Shown here piece after piece: positions 52,364-63,871 of a stretch of 64,000 nucleotides of DNA. Numbering within the stretch: the stretch's first letter is position 1; the number at the start of each line of letters is the position of its first letter. The DNA lies in assembly GCF_018977255.1 (NCBI RefSeq), contig NW_024704742.1, positions 15,316,001 to 15,380,000 of the forward strand, in the 5' to 3' direction. The notes beneath the pieces are model-generated. The model saw only the letters and a list, made by a program, of their open reading frames with translations, searched no databases and was not told the DNA's origin. A program made the position numbers and the translations under genes. Origin of the DNA: Callorhinchus milii (lineage: Eukaryota).

Positions 52364-54194
52364 GACACGTGCCAAACAGTGCATATTATAATAGGGTTAG
52401 CCACCATAGAGTTATTCAACAGAATGTATGAATGTTAAACGGAGACATGTGAATGTGGCAGCACAAATGTTGAAGCTGGGCTTCAGCATACACAGCAAAC
52501 TGCTCTCAATTTATTTATTTTAGTTAATCCCCGCATAATACTACATTTTCATGGCATCATTTGGCCTTTCAAATGCCTTAGAAATTCTTTGGGACTGGTT
52601 ATGCAATTGGATCTTTAATAGAATTTAATAGAATAGAATTCAAAACCAAAACAAAGAAAGAACACATTTGTAACACCTCATCATGCCAAAATGTCTCAAA
52701 GCTCTTCACAAGTAATTATTATCAATGTAATGACTTTTTGTATGTGTGCACCTGATGTTCTTTGTCCTAGAAGTGCTAGTAGGAGTGGGAAATATAAGCC
52801 AGGTTTCCTGCTCCTGCATGCTTTAATTCTAAAAGTGAAATAGCTTTACTACTAGTGGTATAAACTGAAGTTAACACAGTTTTGATAACATAGCCTGTAT
52901 TGTTTAACTACAGCCTTACAACTAATCATAAATGCCATAGATCCTGCTATTTGTTACAACATCACACAAAAAACTTTTAATGTTCCCTTATCCTTAAACT
53001 AGACACAGAAGTAATCAAACTGGTGAAATAGCCTCTAATGCCAGATTGTAGTGGTCTTAAGTCCCGTAGTGGTAGAACAGTTTGTTCTGCAAAATACTTT
53101 TCTCTTTCAGATTTTGATTGTGAACCTGCAGTAGATTTCCAGCATTTTATTTCAGATTTCCAGTATTGTGATTACAGTATTTTGATTCCGTTATTAGAAA
53201 TAGAACATGTCTAGGAGCCTAACTAAGGCTATGGGCACACTCCTGGACTGCCAAAAACACTTCAAAGCTACTTTGTTTTTGGTCACACATCTTATAAACA
53301 TCACCAAGTATAACTTTCAACTTTAGTCTCACAAGATAATTTGTTCAGCCTGAATTTCTGACCTGTGCAAGATGATGAACTAAGGTAGATTACAAATACA
53401 TCTTCAAGGGTATTTGTGTTGGGCCACTGGTAGGGGTGAGTCCTAAATCTGATGTTCAAATCCAAAGTTATCTGAACAGGAACTCTTCGGAATAATTATT
53501 CTGAAGCTCAATTCAGATCCATCTATCATTTAAAATGAAATAATAGGTTCCCTGTGCATAAAGTAGTTTGCGGGTTCACACACAGACCCTCTTCAAGTGC
53601 AGATTATCCTGCGGAATCTTTGTACTTTCTTCATCGCTTTGATGTCCTTTCCATAATAAGGTACCCCAAACTAGATGCAATACTCAATTGTACCATGACT
53701 AAATTCTTACTTACAGATTTACAGCAATGAAAGAATGAAAGAAAATATTCAGGAAACACTGAAAAATCAGTTGAGAAAGCAGGATGTCCACTGTATAAAT
53801 GTGTAAGAACTGAAATGGCAGAGGTCTAATTTAGTAAACAGCCACATTTCATTGTAGTTTCATTCACCTTGTTCTGTAACGTGGAATACTTCAGCATGGA
53901 ACTCTATTCATAGGAGACACATTTTTCTCCACTGTGTGTACAATCCGCATCACAATCAGAATCCCTTTTTCACATGAAAGTGTTTGAGAAGAAAAGGTTT
54001 AAATTCCTTATTTACTCTTGACCACCTAAAAAGATAGACAGAGAGTACCCCAAAGAACTCAATCATCAATTATCACACAATCCCATTAGAAAAGCACTCA
54101 ATCCTAGATGTTACTGCCATTTTACAATAATTTCATGGATGGTTGAAAATGGAGACAAAGAGATTACAAGTCATCACGCAAGAAACTCTGAACT

Positions 54195-54632
54195 TCGAAT
54201 TCAAGATCCTCACCCTCACCTACAAGGCCATTCACGGCCTTGCTCCCTCCTACCTATCCGACCTACTATCCCCCTACCTACCCGCCCGTACCCTCCGTTC
54301 CTCTGGCTCCGGTTTGCTCCACATCCCCCACCCCAACTGCCCTACTATCGGTGTCCGGGCCTTCAGCCTCTCAGCCCCGAGGCTCTGGAACTCCATCCCC
54401 CAGTGCCTTCGCCGCTTCCTCCCTTTCCTCTTTCAAGGCCGGTCTCAAGACCTTTCTCTTTGACCGTGCCTTTAGCTCCCCTCTCGACTCTCTACCCCCT
54501 CCTCACTCCCTCCCTTCCCTCTCCTCACCCTGACCATTTCCCCCCTGCTCGGGTCCTGACCCAACTGTACAGCGCCTTGGGACGTCCTCCCGACGTGAAA
54601 GGCGTTCGATAAATGGAATCTTGTTGTTGTTG
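54195..54632 (+). mobile_element. L2 3' fragment, young subfamily
   Basis: EFKILTLTYKAIHGLAPSYLSDLL; (TTG)n tail; tgaact on both sides (TSD). Confidence 0.95.
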
Positions 54633-54691
54633 AACTAGATGTGTTTGATCTTTCACAAGTGGGATTAATGTATAATATATAATATAAAATT

Positions 54692-55003
54692 GGAGTCCTG
54701 TAGCTCAGTGGTTAGAGCACTCGCTTTGTAAGCGAGAGACCTGAGTTCAATTCCAGGCAGGGCGAAACCTTGGGCAAGTTTCCTTACTCCACACGCCTAA
54801 TAATAATCCCTCCAAAACCAAAAACAATAATAAATTGGTCATTTTCAATCTACGACTGTTTGTGGACATTGCTGTGCGCAATTGGCTGCGCGTTCGCCCA
54901 CAAATATACAGTCAATTCACTTTACAGTGTGTTCTGTGAAGCGCTTTGGGACGTCCTCCCGACGTGAAAAGCATTATATCAAATGCAAGGATTATTATTA
55001 TTA
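54692..55003 (+). mobile_element. tRNA-derived SINE, full length, young subfamily
   Basis: Near-identical to 52043-52363. Confidence 0.96.
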
Positions 55004-55176
55004 AAATAAAGAAATAAATATATTTGGCTGGGTGGGGAATACAGAGCAAAATAAACTGAGAGAAAAAGCACTTCCAAATGGAGTGGGAGGAATATAAATA
55101 AATGTTTATGCAAAAAGGATTAACGGACTGAGACTCTTTGTGACCTGTGATTTGGTGCAGTAATAGGAGCCATTAC

Positions 55177-55260
55177 CTCCCACATCAGCCTGGGATCCAT
55201 GGTTTCATCCAGTTCAAGGGGCATTCTCTTCTCCCCAGCAAAGGGCCCAAACTTTTCTCC
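55177..55260 (-). CDS. PRDM5: PRDM5 coding exon 2 (PR/SET)
   Basis: ag|[28 protein letters not shown]|gtaatg; 84 nt; phase 0-0. Confidence 0.96.
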
Positions 55261-55761
55261 CTATCGAGAAAGAGAGAACAAGAGTTTATTACAATGATAG
55301 ATTGAGCCTCCAGAGGGAGGAAAAACAGATCTGCACTAACCTGCGTTTGCTTCAACTCCCAATTTGCAAAACAAATACTCAGGTTACAACACATAATATT
55401 GTTCTGATTATCTTTAACGGGCAATATAAATCACAACAACTCTTGCAGTCAATCAGCCGCAAGTATCTCACAAATAGAAGTCATGATGTTTTTTACGACA
55501 CAACCTGAGACACAAACACTGTTGAAAAGAACAGGCATCCTTTCAAGAACCAATCTGAAGATTTACTGATTGATTTCCAGCATCCACAGTCTATCAGTCA
55601 TTCCTATTGAAAGGTAAATGTTTGAAAATTTTAAATCTTCTGTACTTCCCGAAACAGTAAACCTGAGCAATTCTTAAATCCATTACTGTCTAGTTTGATG
55701 AGCTGGTTCACTTTAGAAGACAAATTAGAAATGCATTTCTTTACTAGCCAACGATAATGCC

Positions 55762-56117
55762 ATGGACAGAAAAGAGAGCACCTGCAGTAATAAATTGCTG
55801 GCAGTGAGATGGAAACAGAAGGACAAAAGCTAATGTGTTTCTCATTCTCATACATAAAAAGCCTTTTAATTCTGCAGTGTTGTGTTCATACCATCCATTT
55901 TAGTTTTTAAGTGTTGTCAAATTACACAAGATAAATCTGAATGAAAGGTGCTCTGAAGGCATTACATTAAATCTTGTCAAGCTAATCTGAATTGTGCCTA
56001 GTTTAGATTATTTGGTACACAAACCTCTTATTTATTTTCCTGCAAAAGACATATTGAATCACTGATAGCTACGTAACTACTTTCTTGAGCCTCTCATAGA
56101 TGAAGGTGGAACCGCCG
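55762..56117. repeat. Local duplication copy 1 (about 355 bp)
   Basis: Colinear with 56747-57101; 55851-55930 versus 56831-56910 match at 78 of 80 positions. Confidence 0.9.
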
Positions 56118-56746
56118 AACTTCAAAATTGAAGACAACTTTCTGCTGATAAGGAGACAATTTATAGAGAAGTCCAAACCCAAAGTATCTTGAAACACAGT
56201 CAACTCACAACTGTTTATGGGACACTGCTGTGCGAAATTATCTGCAGTGTTTGACCCACAAAATACACAAAAAATTCACTTGACAGTATATTCTGTGAAA
56301 CGCTTTGAGATGTCTTGAAGACGTGATAAGGCGCTACATCAAATGCAAGGATTATTATTATTATGATTATTATCTGTGAACAGCAAACCCTGGTTTCTTT
56401 GGGGCTATAAATCCTTTAATTTTCTGTGCTTATTTTAACAGCAGGATGAATTTCCCCCAAGTCAGATGATTTGTCCTGGGGGTGGGAGGGGAACCAATTT
56501 GAAATGCAAAGAGTAAGTCTTTGCCAAATAATAAGAGGTTCTACCCATTCACAGAAAACAGCTGTTTGTCCTTGGTTGGTTAGAAACCTCATGTTTCTTG
56601 GTAAGATAAAGGAAAGGTAAAGAAAAGGTCCAAAAGCCCCTTCCCTCCTGACTGACAAAGCTCCAAGAAAGTGGACAAGACCACTCACAATCAGTGCTAA
56701 TAGGATAAGACAGGGTGGTCCAACCTTAATGGCAAACAATGATGTC

Positions 56747-57101
56747 ACGGACAGAGGATACAGCACCTGCAATAAATTATTGGAAGTAAGATGGACAAAA
56801 GCTCAAGGACAAAAGCTAATGTCTTCCTCGTACATAAAAAGCCTTTTAATTCTTCAGTGTTGTGTTCATACCATCCATTTTAGTTTTTAAGTGTTGTCAA
56901 ATTGCACAAGTTAAATCTGAGTGAACTGAAAAAAAGTACTCTGAAGGCCACCATGAATCTTGTCTTGCTAATCTGAACTGTGCCAAGTTCAGATTATTTG
57001 GTACACAATTTCATCTATTTTCCTGAAAACAACGTATTGGATCACTGATAGCTAAGTAACAACTTTCTTGGACCTTTCATACATGAAAGTGGATCCACCA
57101 C
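56747..57101. repeat. Local duplication copy 2 (about 355 bp)
   Basis: Colinear with 55762-56117. Confidence 0.9.
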
Positions 57102-58283
57102 TTTGGCTGCTGAGAGTAGGATGCTGGATTTGAGAAACATCAGCAGTATTTTGTCCTCTTTGGTCAGAGCCCCTGCTGACCATCTCCTGATTGGCTAAGG
57201 GGCTGCAAGTCACCTGTATTTGCTGATCAGGCAATGAAGTTGGGAATGGTTCACAGGCCAGATAAATACCACCCTTAGGCCACCAGTTGGACCACCTTGG
57301 GATAAGGAATCAGTCCTCAAGAGATACAATGCCATGTGTGGATGGGACAAACCTGATTGTCTTTTTATCATCAATGTACTTGACAATCTTATGTCCTTGC
57401 AGTTTTCCCCCACTGACAATTTTGACTTCATGTGGAATATCCTGGAATGAACAAACTAGCGTTCAGTTACCTGGAGCAGGAGCAGGATTCGATGGCTGAA
57501 GGAATTTAGCAACGGTCAACTCAGGATAAGTTGATATCTTTTATTGCAGTCACTTGTGAGGACAGAAGTGCCATATCCAAAATGCCACTTGTATTTAACT
57601 TCACCACTCATGGTTTGAAGGTGAGCAGAATCAAATTTGTACAGTACAGGGTGGTGAATTTTACGTGGCAGACTATCATCTACAAGGGTCAATGATCCAG
57701 TGGAAAGGAAATTTTCCCAATTATATAATGGAAATGCAAGGTCGTAGCCCAAATGTTTCAGTGGAGAGGATAATGCCCAACTCCAGACAGGCCAATAGAG
57801 ATAGCATTGAAGCTTCTCAATGAGCTTCCTATTCCTTCTGACCCAGAAACAAAATCATTACCCACGGGATTCAGTGTCAAGCAACCTACATCTATCTGCT
57901 CCTAACTGATCTAGCAAGGTGAGCAACATGATTATAAGGGCTCTGAGATGCTGTCCAGCAAGTTTGTCTTATCTTCTAACTGTTAGAAAATGTGACAAGG
58001 ATATTTCCACGCAGGTCAAGGAGTTCATTTTGCAGTGCAGATGAGATTGTAGGTAAAACATTTATTAATTGAAACATCTCAAAGTGCTTCATAGGGTTTT
58101 GCTGTGTAGTTGTAGATAACACAGCAGCCAATGTGCATGCAGCAATGTCACAAAAACAGCCACTATTTCACTTACAAAATACACAATCAAATTACTTTGC
58201 ACTATATCCTGTGAAGCATTTTAGATATCTCAATGATAAGATAAGGCGCAGTATCGGAATGCTCCAGGACACTACCCTGCATG

Positions 58284-59745
58284 AACAACAACAACAAGAT
58301 TACATTTGTATAGCGCCTTTCAAGTTGGGAGGACGTCCCAAGGCGCTGGACAGTGTACAACATTTCAAACCCGAGCTGGGATGAAGGGGGGGGAGAAGGG
58401 AAGGGAAGGGCTTTGGCCGATGCGATGGCATGGTCGAAGTGGAGGGTTTTGAGGCGGACTTGAAGGAGGCTAAGGAGGGGGTGAGGCGGAGTGAATGGAG
58501 CAGGCTGGAGCCGGCTAAGCGGAGGGAGCGGGCAGGTTGGTAAGGGGTTAGGAGGTCGCAGAGGTAGGGTGGGGCGAGGCCATGGAGGGTTTTGTATGGG
58601 AGGAACAGGATCTTGAACTGGATCCTCTGAAGGATAGGGAGCCAATGGAGTCGGGCGAGAATGGGGGAGATGGGATCACAGAGTTTGGTGCGGGAGAGAA
58701 CACGGGCTGCAGAGTTCTGGATTATCTGCAGCCTGTAGAGGGAGGAGTTGGGAAGGCTGACAAGCAGGGTGTTTGCAGTCGAGCCTGGAGGTGATGAAGG
58801 CAAGAACAAGTGTTTCAGCGGCCTGAGGGGTGAGATGGAGGTCGGGCGATGTTACGGAGGAGAGGGAAGGCAAAGCAGGTCATGGCTTAGATGTGGAGAA
58901 GAAAAGACAGTTGAGGGTCGAACAAGACACCAAGGTTCCTGACTGGCTTGGTGATTTGAAGTGTGCAACCATGGAGGCTGATGAGGCCAGAGCCTGAGTT
59001 GCAGAGGTGCTAGTGTGAGCCAATCGGGAGGGCCTCAATCTTGTTCACATTTAACTGTAGGAAATTTGCCCTCATCCAGGACTTGATGTCTGACAAGCAG
59101 TCTGTCAGGACAGCAGTGGTTCTGGAGTTGAGGGTGGAGGTAGAAAAATAGAGTTGGGTGTCATCCACATACATATAGAAGTTGACCCCATGTCTACGGA
59201 TGCAGTCACCAAGGGGGGAGCATGAAGATATTAAAGAGGAGAGGGCCAAGGACAGAGCCCTGGGGGACGCCAGATGTGACAGTGCGGGGGCTGGAGGAGA
59301 AACCATTAGAGGCAACAGAGTGGAGACAGTGGGAGAGATAGGAATCAAACCAGGCAAGGGCAGGTCCGTGAAGATTAAGTGAAGAGGAGAGGTGGTGTAT
59401 GAGGATGGAGTGGTCGACAGTGTCGAAGGCGGTAGAGAGGTCGAGGAGGACAAGGAGGCAGAGGGAGCCCTGATCACAGATGTTCAGAATGTCATTAGTG
59501 ACTTTGACCAGGGCTGTTTCCGTGCTGTGGGCAGCACAGAAGCCAAATTGGAGGGGTTCAAAGAGGGAATGGCGAGAAAGAAAGGAGTGGAGCTGGGATG
59601 CGATGACTTGTTCCAGGATCTTGGAGAGGAATGGGAGGTTAGAGATGGGATGGTAGCTGGAGAGGAGGGATGGGGCCAAGGAAGGTTTTTTCAGGATGGG
59701 GCTGATGACGGCTGTTTTAGGGGGCTGGGAACTGAACTGGTGTAC
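58284..59745 (-). mobile_element. L2 LINE, 1.45 kb, 5'-truncated, frameshifted RT
   Basis: YHPISNLPFLSKILE, HSTETALVKV, LLDLSTAFDTVDH, GVPQGSVLGP, YVDDTQLY, LHWLPILQRIQFK motifs; (TTG)n tail. Confidence 0.96.
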
Positions 59746-59789
59746 AAGGAGAAGGGTACTATATAAATGCTAGTTGTTGTTGTATATAA

Positions 59790-60165
59790 AATGCAAGGAT
59801 TATCATTTATCTGAACGATCATTGGCTAGGACATTGGGAGAGACTGCCTTCTCTTGTCAAATACTGCCTTGGATTCGTTAACCTCCAACTGAACAGGAAA
59901 ACTGGCCCAAAAACAGAGAGAGCTGGGAAAACTCCGCAGGTCAGGCAGTATCTATGGAGAAAGGAAAGTGAGTCAACGTTTCGGGTCCACGACCCTTCAT
60001 CAGAACAGTAAACTGGCCCTCAGTTTAACATCTGATCCAAAGGATGGCTTCCCCAGCACTGCCACTGTCTTGAGCTCATCAGACAGACTATGAGCTCAAA
60101 TTCCTGATGTGGGGCTTGAACTCACAACCTTCTGCCTCAGAGATGAGAGTGCTACCAACTGAGAA
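59790..60165 (-). mobile_element. Deu-type SINE interrupted by a Penelope-like fragment
   Basis: Head cttgaactcacaaccttctgcctcagagatgagagtgctaccaactgag (plus-strand reading); core continues on both sides of 59909-60006. Confidence 0.75.
59909..60006 (-). mobile_element. Penelope-like terminal fragment with hammerhead-like core
   Basis: Homologous to the arms at 43662-43856; flanked by duplicated aaactggccc. Confidence 0.7.
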
Positions 60166-60384
60166 AGGTTGTTTAGCAGTTGGTGTGATTATTTGTTGGC
60201 ATTGAATACACTGTTGCACCAGTTAAATAATACAGCCTCTCATTTCAGCTCATGTAATGATATAATATTTCAAATTCCTCTTTCCCCAAAAAATCTGTGG
60301 TACACTTAACCTTGAAGGATACAATAGCTGAATACCTGCCCATCCCAATACCTAGGAAATCCCCATGCTGTTTATGCAAGAAAT

Positions 60385-60805
60385 AATAATAATAAACCTT
60401 ACACTTGATACAGTGCCTTATCATGTCATCCAGTCTCAAAGCGCTTCACAGGATATATGTAAAGTGTAGCGACTGTATATTTTGGGTGTGAATCGCAGCA
60501 GTGAGTTTGTGCACAACATTGACCCACAAACAGCCATGGAGTGAGATACCAAATTTATTTGGGGGAATTGTTGGCTATGATACCAGGAGAAACTCCCTTC
60601 TCTCTTAGAATAGTGCCATGAGATCTTTAACAACATCAACAAACGATATTTGAATAGCATGTTTCAGGTCGGGAGGACGCCCCAAGGCTCTGAAATCCCC
60701 ACTTTCACCTGAACAGACAGATGGGACCTTGGTTTAACGTCTCATCCAAAGGAAGGCACCTCCGACAATGCAACAGATCCCTGGCACTGCATTGGAGTGG
60801 CAGCT
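60385..60805 (-). mobile_element. Deu-type SINE
   Basis: ggtttaacgtctcatccaaaggaaggcacctccgacaatgca core and (TAA)n tail (plus-strand reading). Confidence 0.75.
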
Positions 60806-61165
60806 TAGACACTGATTTTTTTTAATGAAAAACTTGTAATAATATGGTACCACTTTAAGAATACTGTTGAACTCAGCGTCATGAGAGTTTTTTGTACCGT
60901 TTCCAGCAAATTGCAGCTCGCAGAGAGTTGGGGGCTGGGAGCTGGGAGTGAACCCATTGAAAACATTGCACTTTATACGTGGCACTCAACAGCAGCCCTG
61001 TTCCAGCACAGCACAGCACAGACAACAGACAAATGTTACTAACGCCCAACGCGCTCATCCCGTTCAGACCGCAAACCAGAGACCGCCAACGTCAATGCAC
61101 GATTCTGTTTGGACAATATGATTGCATCTGCTATCTATAAGGGGAAAACAAACAAACAAACAAAC

Positions 61166-61258
61166 CTTTTTTACTCGTCTGGCAGTGTACAGCCCGATCC
61201 CTTCTTGCACCTTGGACGATTTCAAGGAAAACCTGTCTGGCACGTACATGCCGAGCAT
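61166..61258 (-). CDS. PRDM5: PRDM5 coding exon 1 (start of PR/SET domain); optional in-frame ATG 6 nt upstream at 61264
   Basis: Translates [31 protein letters not shown], matching the vertebrate PRDM5 N-terminus as I recall it; 93 nt; donor AAG|gtttgt, phase 0. Confidence 0.96.
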
Positions 61259-61264
61259 TTTCAT

Positions 61265-61650
61265 ATCTCAGGGCTGAGCTGCTGCAGGACAGTGCGGGGT
61301 CCCCGCCGGCTCGGCTGTAGCTCCAGCGGCCCGGGCTCATGGCAGTGACTGGAGCTCTGCTAACACTTCAAAACTTCCTCCCTCTCCTGCCCTGGCTGCC
61401 ATGTTACTGCCGGGATACCCTGAGCAAAGCAACCATTTGATAGGCTCAAAGTTCTCCCCCCCCCCCCCCCCCACCCCCCACCACCTCCTCTTTTTCCCCC
61501 AAAGCACAGAGCTTTTAGCAAAAGTTTGCAATGTTTCAAGGAATATTGCAACACACACAGACACACGGTTGGTGGTGGGGGGGTGAGGAGAATCCGATCT
61601 TCGCAATTCGCGAATGAATGCAGCCCCCCAGCAAAACTCAACTGTACCCT
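61265..61650 (-). promoter_or_regulatory. GC/CpG-enriched PRDM5 5' leader/promoter region with two upstream ATGs and a long G-run
   Basis: CpG-rich relative to flanks, immediately upstream of the start codon; ATGs at 61402 and 61340; C-runs at 61455-61490 on plus (G-runs on the sense strand). Confidence 0.55.
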
Positions 61651-63551
61651 CCCTGCCTCTTGGTCTTAAAACATTAAGTGCTGAGTAGGTTCACCGAAAT
61701 TGTTTTTTTTTAATGAAAACGAAATAGCTTTGGTGTGTACAGAAAATAATGAATATAATTTACAATACAATTTTGCATTTAGAGAGCGTCTTTCACAATA
61801 ATAATAATAATAATAATAATAAACAAGGAGCTGATCAAGGTTCAAAAGAGTTTTTTAAAAAGCAAATTAACACTCAACATGCTTCGTAAATTACATGAGT
61901 ATTGTATTGTGTTTGATTCCTGGTTGCAATGAGCTATCCAAACTTTATTGCACAATGGATTAATGAAAACCTAAGATCGAAAAGAATAAATGTGTTTAAA
62001 CAGCGTTTGGAACATCCTTCTGGGACATTGGGATATCCTCCTGACATGAAAGCTGCAATATAAGCACTAGATACGTGCAAGTTGTTGTTAAAAGATTCAA
62101 TAACTCAGAATGGAAGCTTGTGTCCAGCTGACCAACAATCAGTACTGAAGCCTGGGTGATCTGGTTTGCTTTTAACACATTGGTAACACATTTCTGTGTT
62201 GTTTCTTAATAAGATGAAATATATTACCATCAGTTAAAGCACTAGTTATAACAAAAGCTTTAAAGTACTCTGCCACAATTATAAAATACTTGGTGAACTA
62301 CACGGTTGAAATTTCCATGTATTAAAAAATGATTAAGCTTTAAAATCAACATGAAAGGGCTCGGCATTTGTTGCTTTCTATTATTTCTAAACAAGTCTTC
62401 TAAAGTTTTTCAAAATAAAACTAGAGTCATAAGATATTTGCCTCAGATGTCATCTTGACCTGATTTCCGATGAAGGTGTCACTTTGCGGCAATTAGGCAC
62501 AACCACTGCATAAAATCTCTGCATAATCAGGGAGCACTTCCTATGTTTTTAATGATAAACAAAGGTTAAAAAGCAAAATACTTAAATGTGTTCCTCTCAG
62601 AGCAATTGTAGTGTTCACTGAAATTACCCAAACACAAGGGTAGGTTGATGCAATGACTGGGACACATTGGGAAGGAATGAATGGGGATAAAACAGATAAG
62701 CCCCTCCTTTCATCTATCATCTTATAGTTAAAATAAAGAATGGGGAGGAAAGGACACATGAAAGTTTCAGATGCTAATATCTACCATGAATATTGTTTGC
62801 ACAGTATCAAATGTGATGATATAGTCATACAAGTATAATAATCCTTGCAATTGTTGAAACAATGTTCTTCCCAACTATTTGACTGTACTTAGGGGTAAAC
62901 TCCGCAGGCCATTTATACAAGGCTCTATAAGCAGCCGGGAGGTATTAATTGACCTGGACGAATATTGTCCAGGATTCAGGGAGAAGCTCCTTTCTTTTCA
63001 AATAGTTTCATGGATATTTAAACATTCAGCTGCTCAAGCAAGCAGTCACATTTCTCTCTGAATTAACTCCACATTATCATCTGCATGCTTGAGGCAGAAT
63101 AATGTCAACAACTTGCATTTTCGTATTTTGGGGGGAAAATGTAAATAAAGATGGAGTGGGAGCCCGAGCTGGATGTTGCAGGGGGTAGGTGGACACAGGT
63201 GATATCAAAGAAATAGATTTTCAAACTGATCTTAAAAGTGGACAGGAAAGCTGCAAGGTGCTTGGATTTTGGACAATCCCCCAAATAAACTTGTGGGGTA
63301 CTGCTGTGTGCCACTGGCTGCCACATTTGTCCACAAAATACACAGTCAATCCACTTTACACTACATCCTGTGTAGCGCTTTGGGATATCTCAATGATGTA
63401 ATAAAATATTATACCAAATGGAAGCATTATTATTCTACAAATTTCTCAGTTCCTTATAAACAGATACTTTCACTATTTGCTGCCATTTATTTTAGCTTCT
63501 ATTTTATTTCCTTTTTATAATCCATGCAATACTCTCTCAAGCTTTACTATA

Positions 63552-63871
63552 TAATAATAATAATCCTTGCATTTGATATAGCGCTTTTCACGTCGGGAGG
63601 ACGTCCCAAAGCGCTTCACAGAACACACTGTAAAGTGAATTGACTGTATATTTGTGGGCAAACGCGGCAGCCAATTGCGCACAGCAATGTCCCACAAACA
63701 GTCATAGATTGAAAATGACCAATTTATTATTGTTTTGTTTTTTTGGAGGGATTATTATTAGGCTCTGTGTGGAGTCAGGAAACTTGCCCAGGGTTTCGCC
63801 CTCTGCCTGGAATTGAACTCAGGTCTCTCGCTTGCAAAGCGAGTGCTCTAACCACTGAGCTACAGGACTCC
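63552..63871 (-). mobile_element. tRNA-derived SINE, full length, young subfamily
   Basis: Complete head and tail; ACTATA TSD at 63546-63551 and 63872-63877. Confidence 0.96.

Noticed and set aside
54139..54612. Pro/Ser-rich ORFs here and at 12434-12928, 41674-42226, 58202-58645
   Set aside because: Alternative frames and antisense of L2 sequence
56416..56772. 118-aa hydrophobic minus-strand ORF
   Set aside because: Non-ATG start, no family resemblance, no splice support
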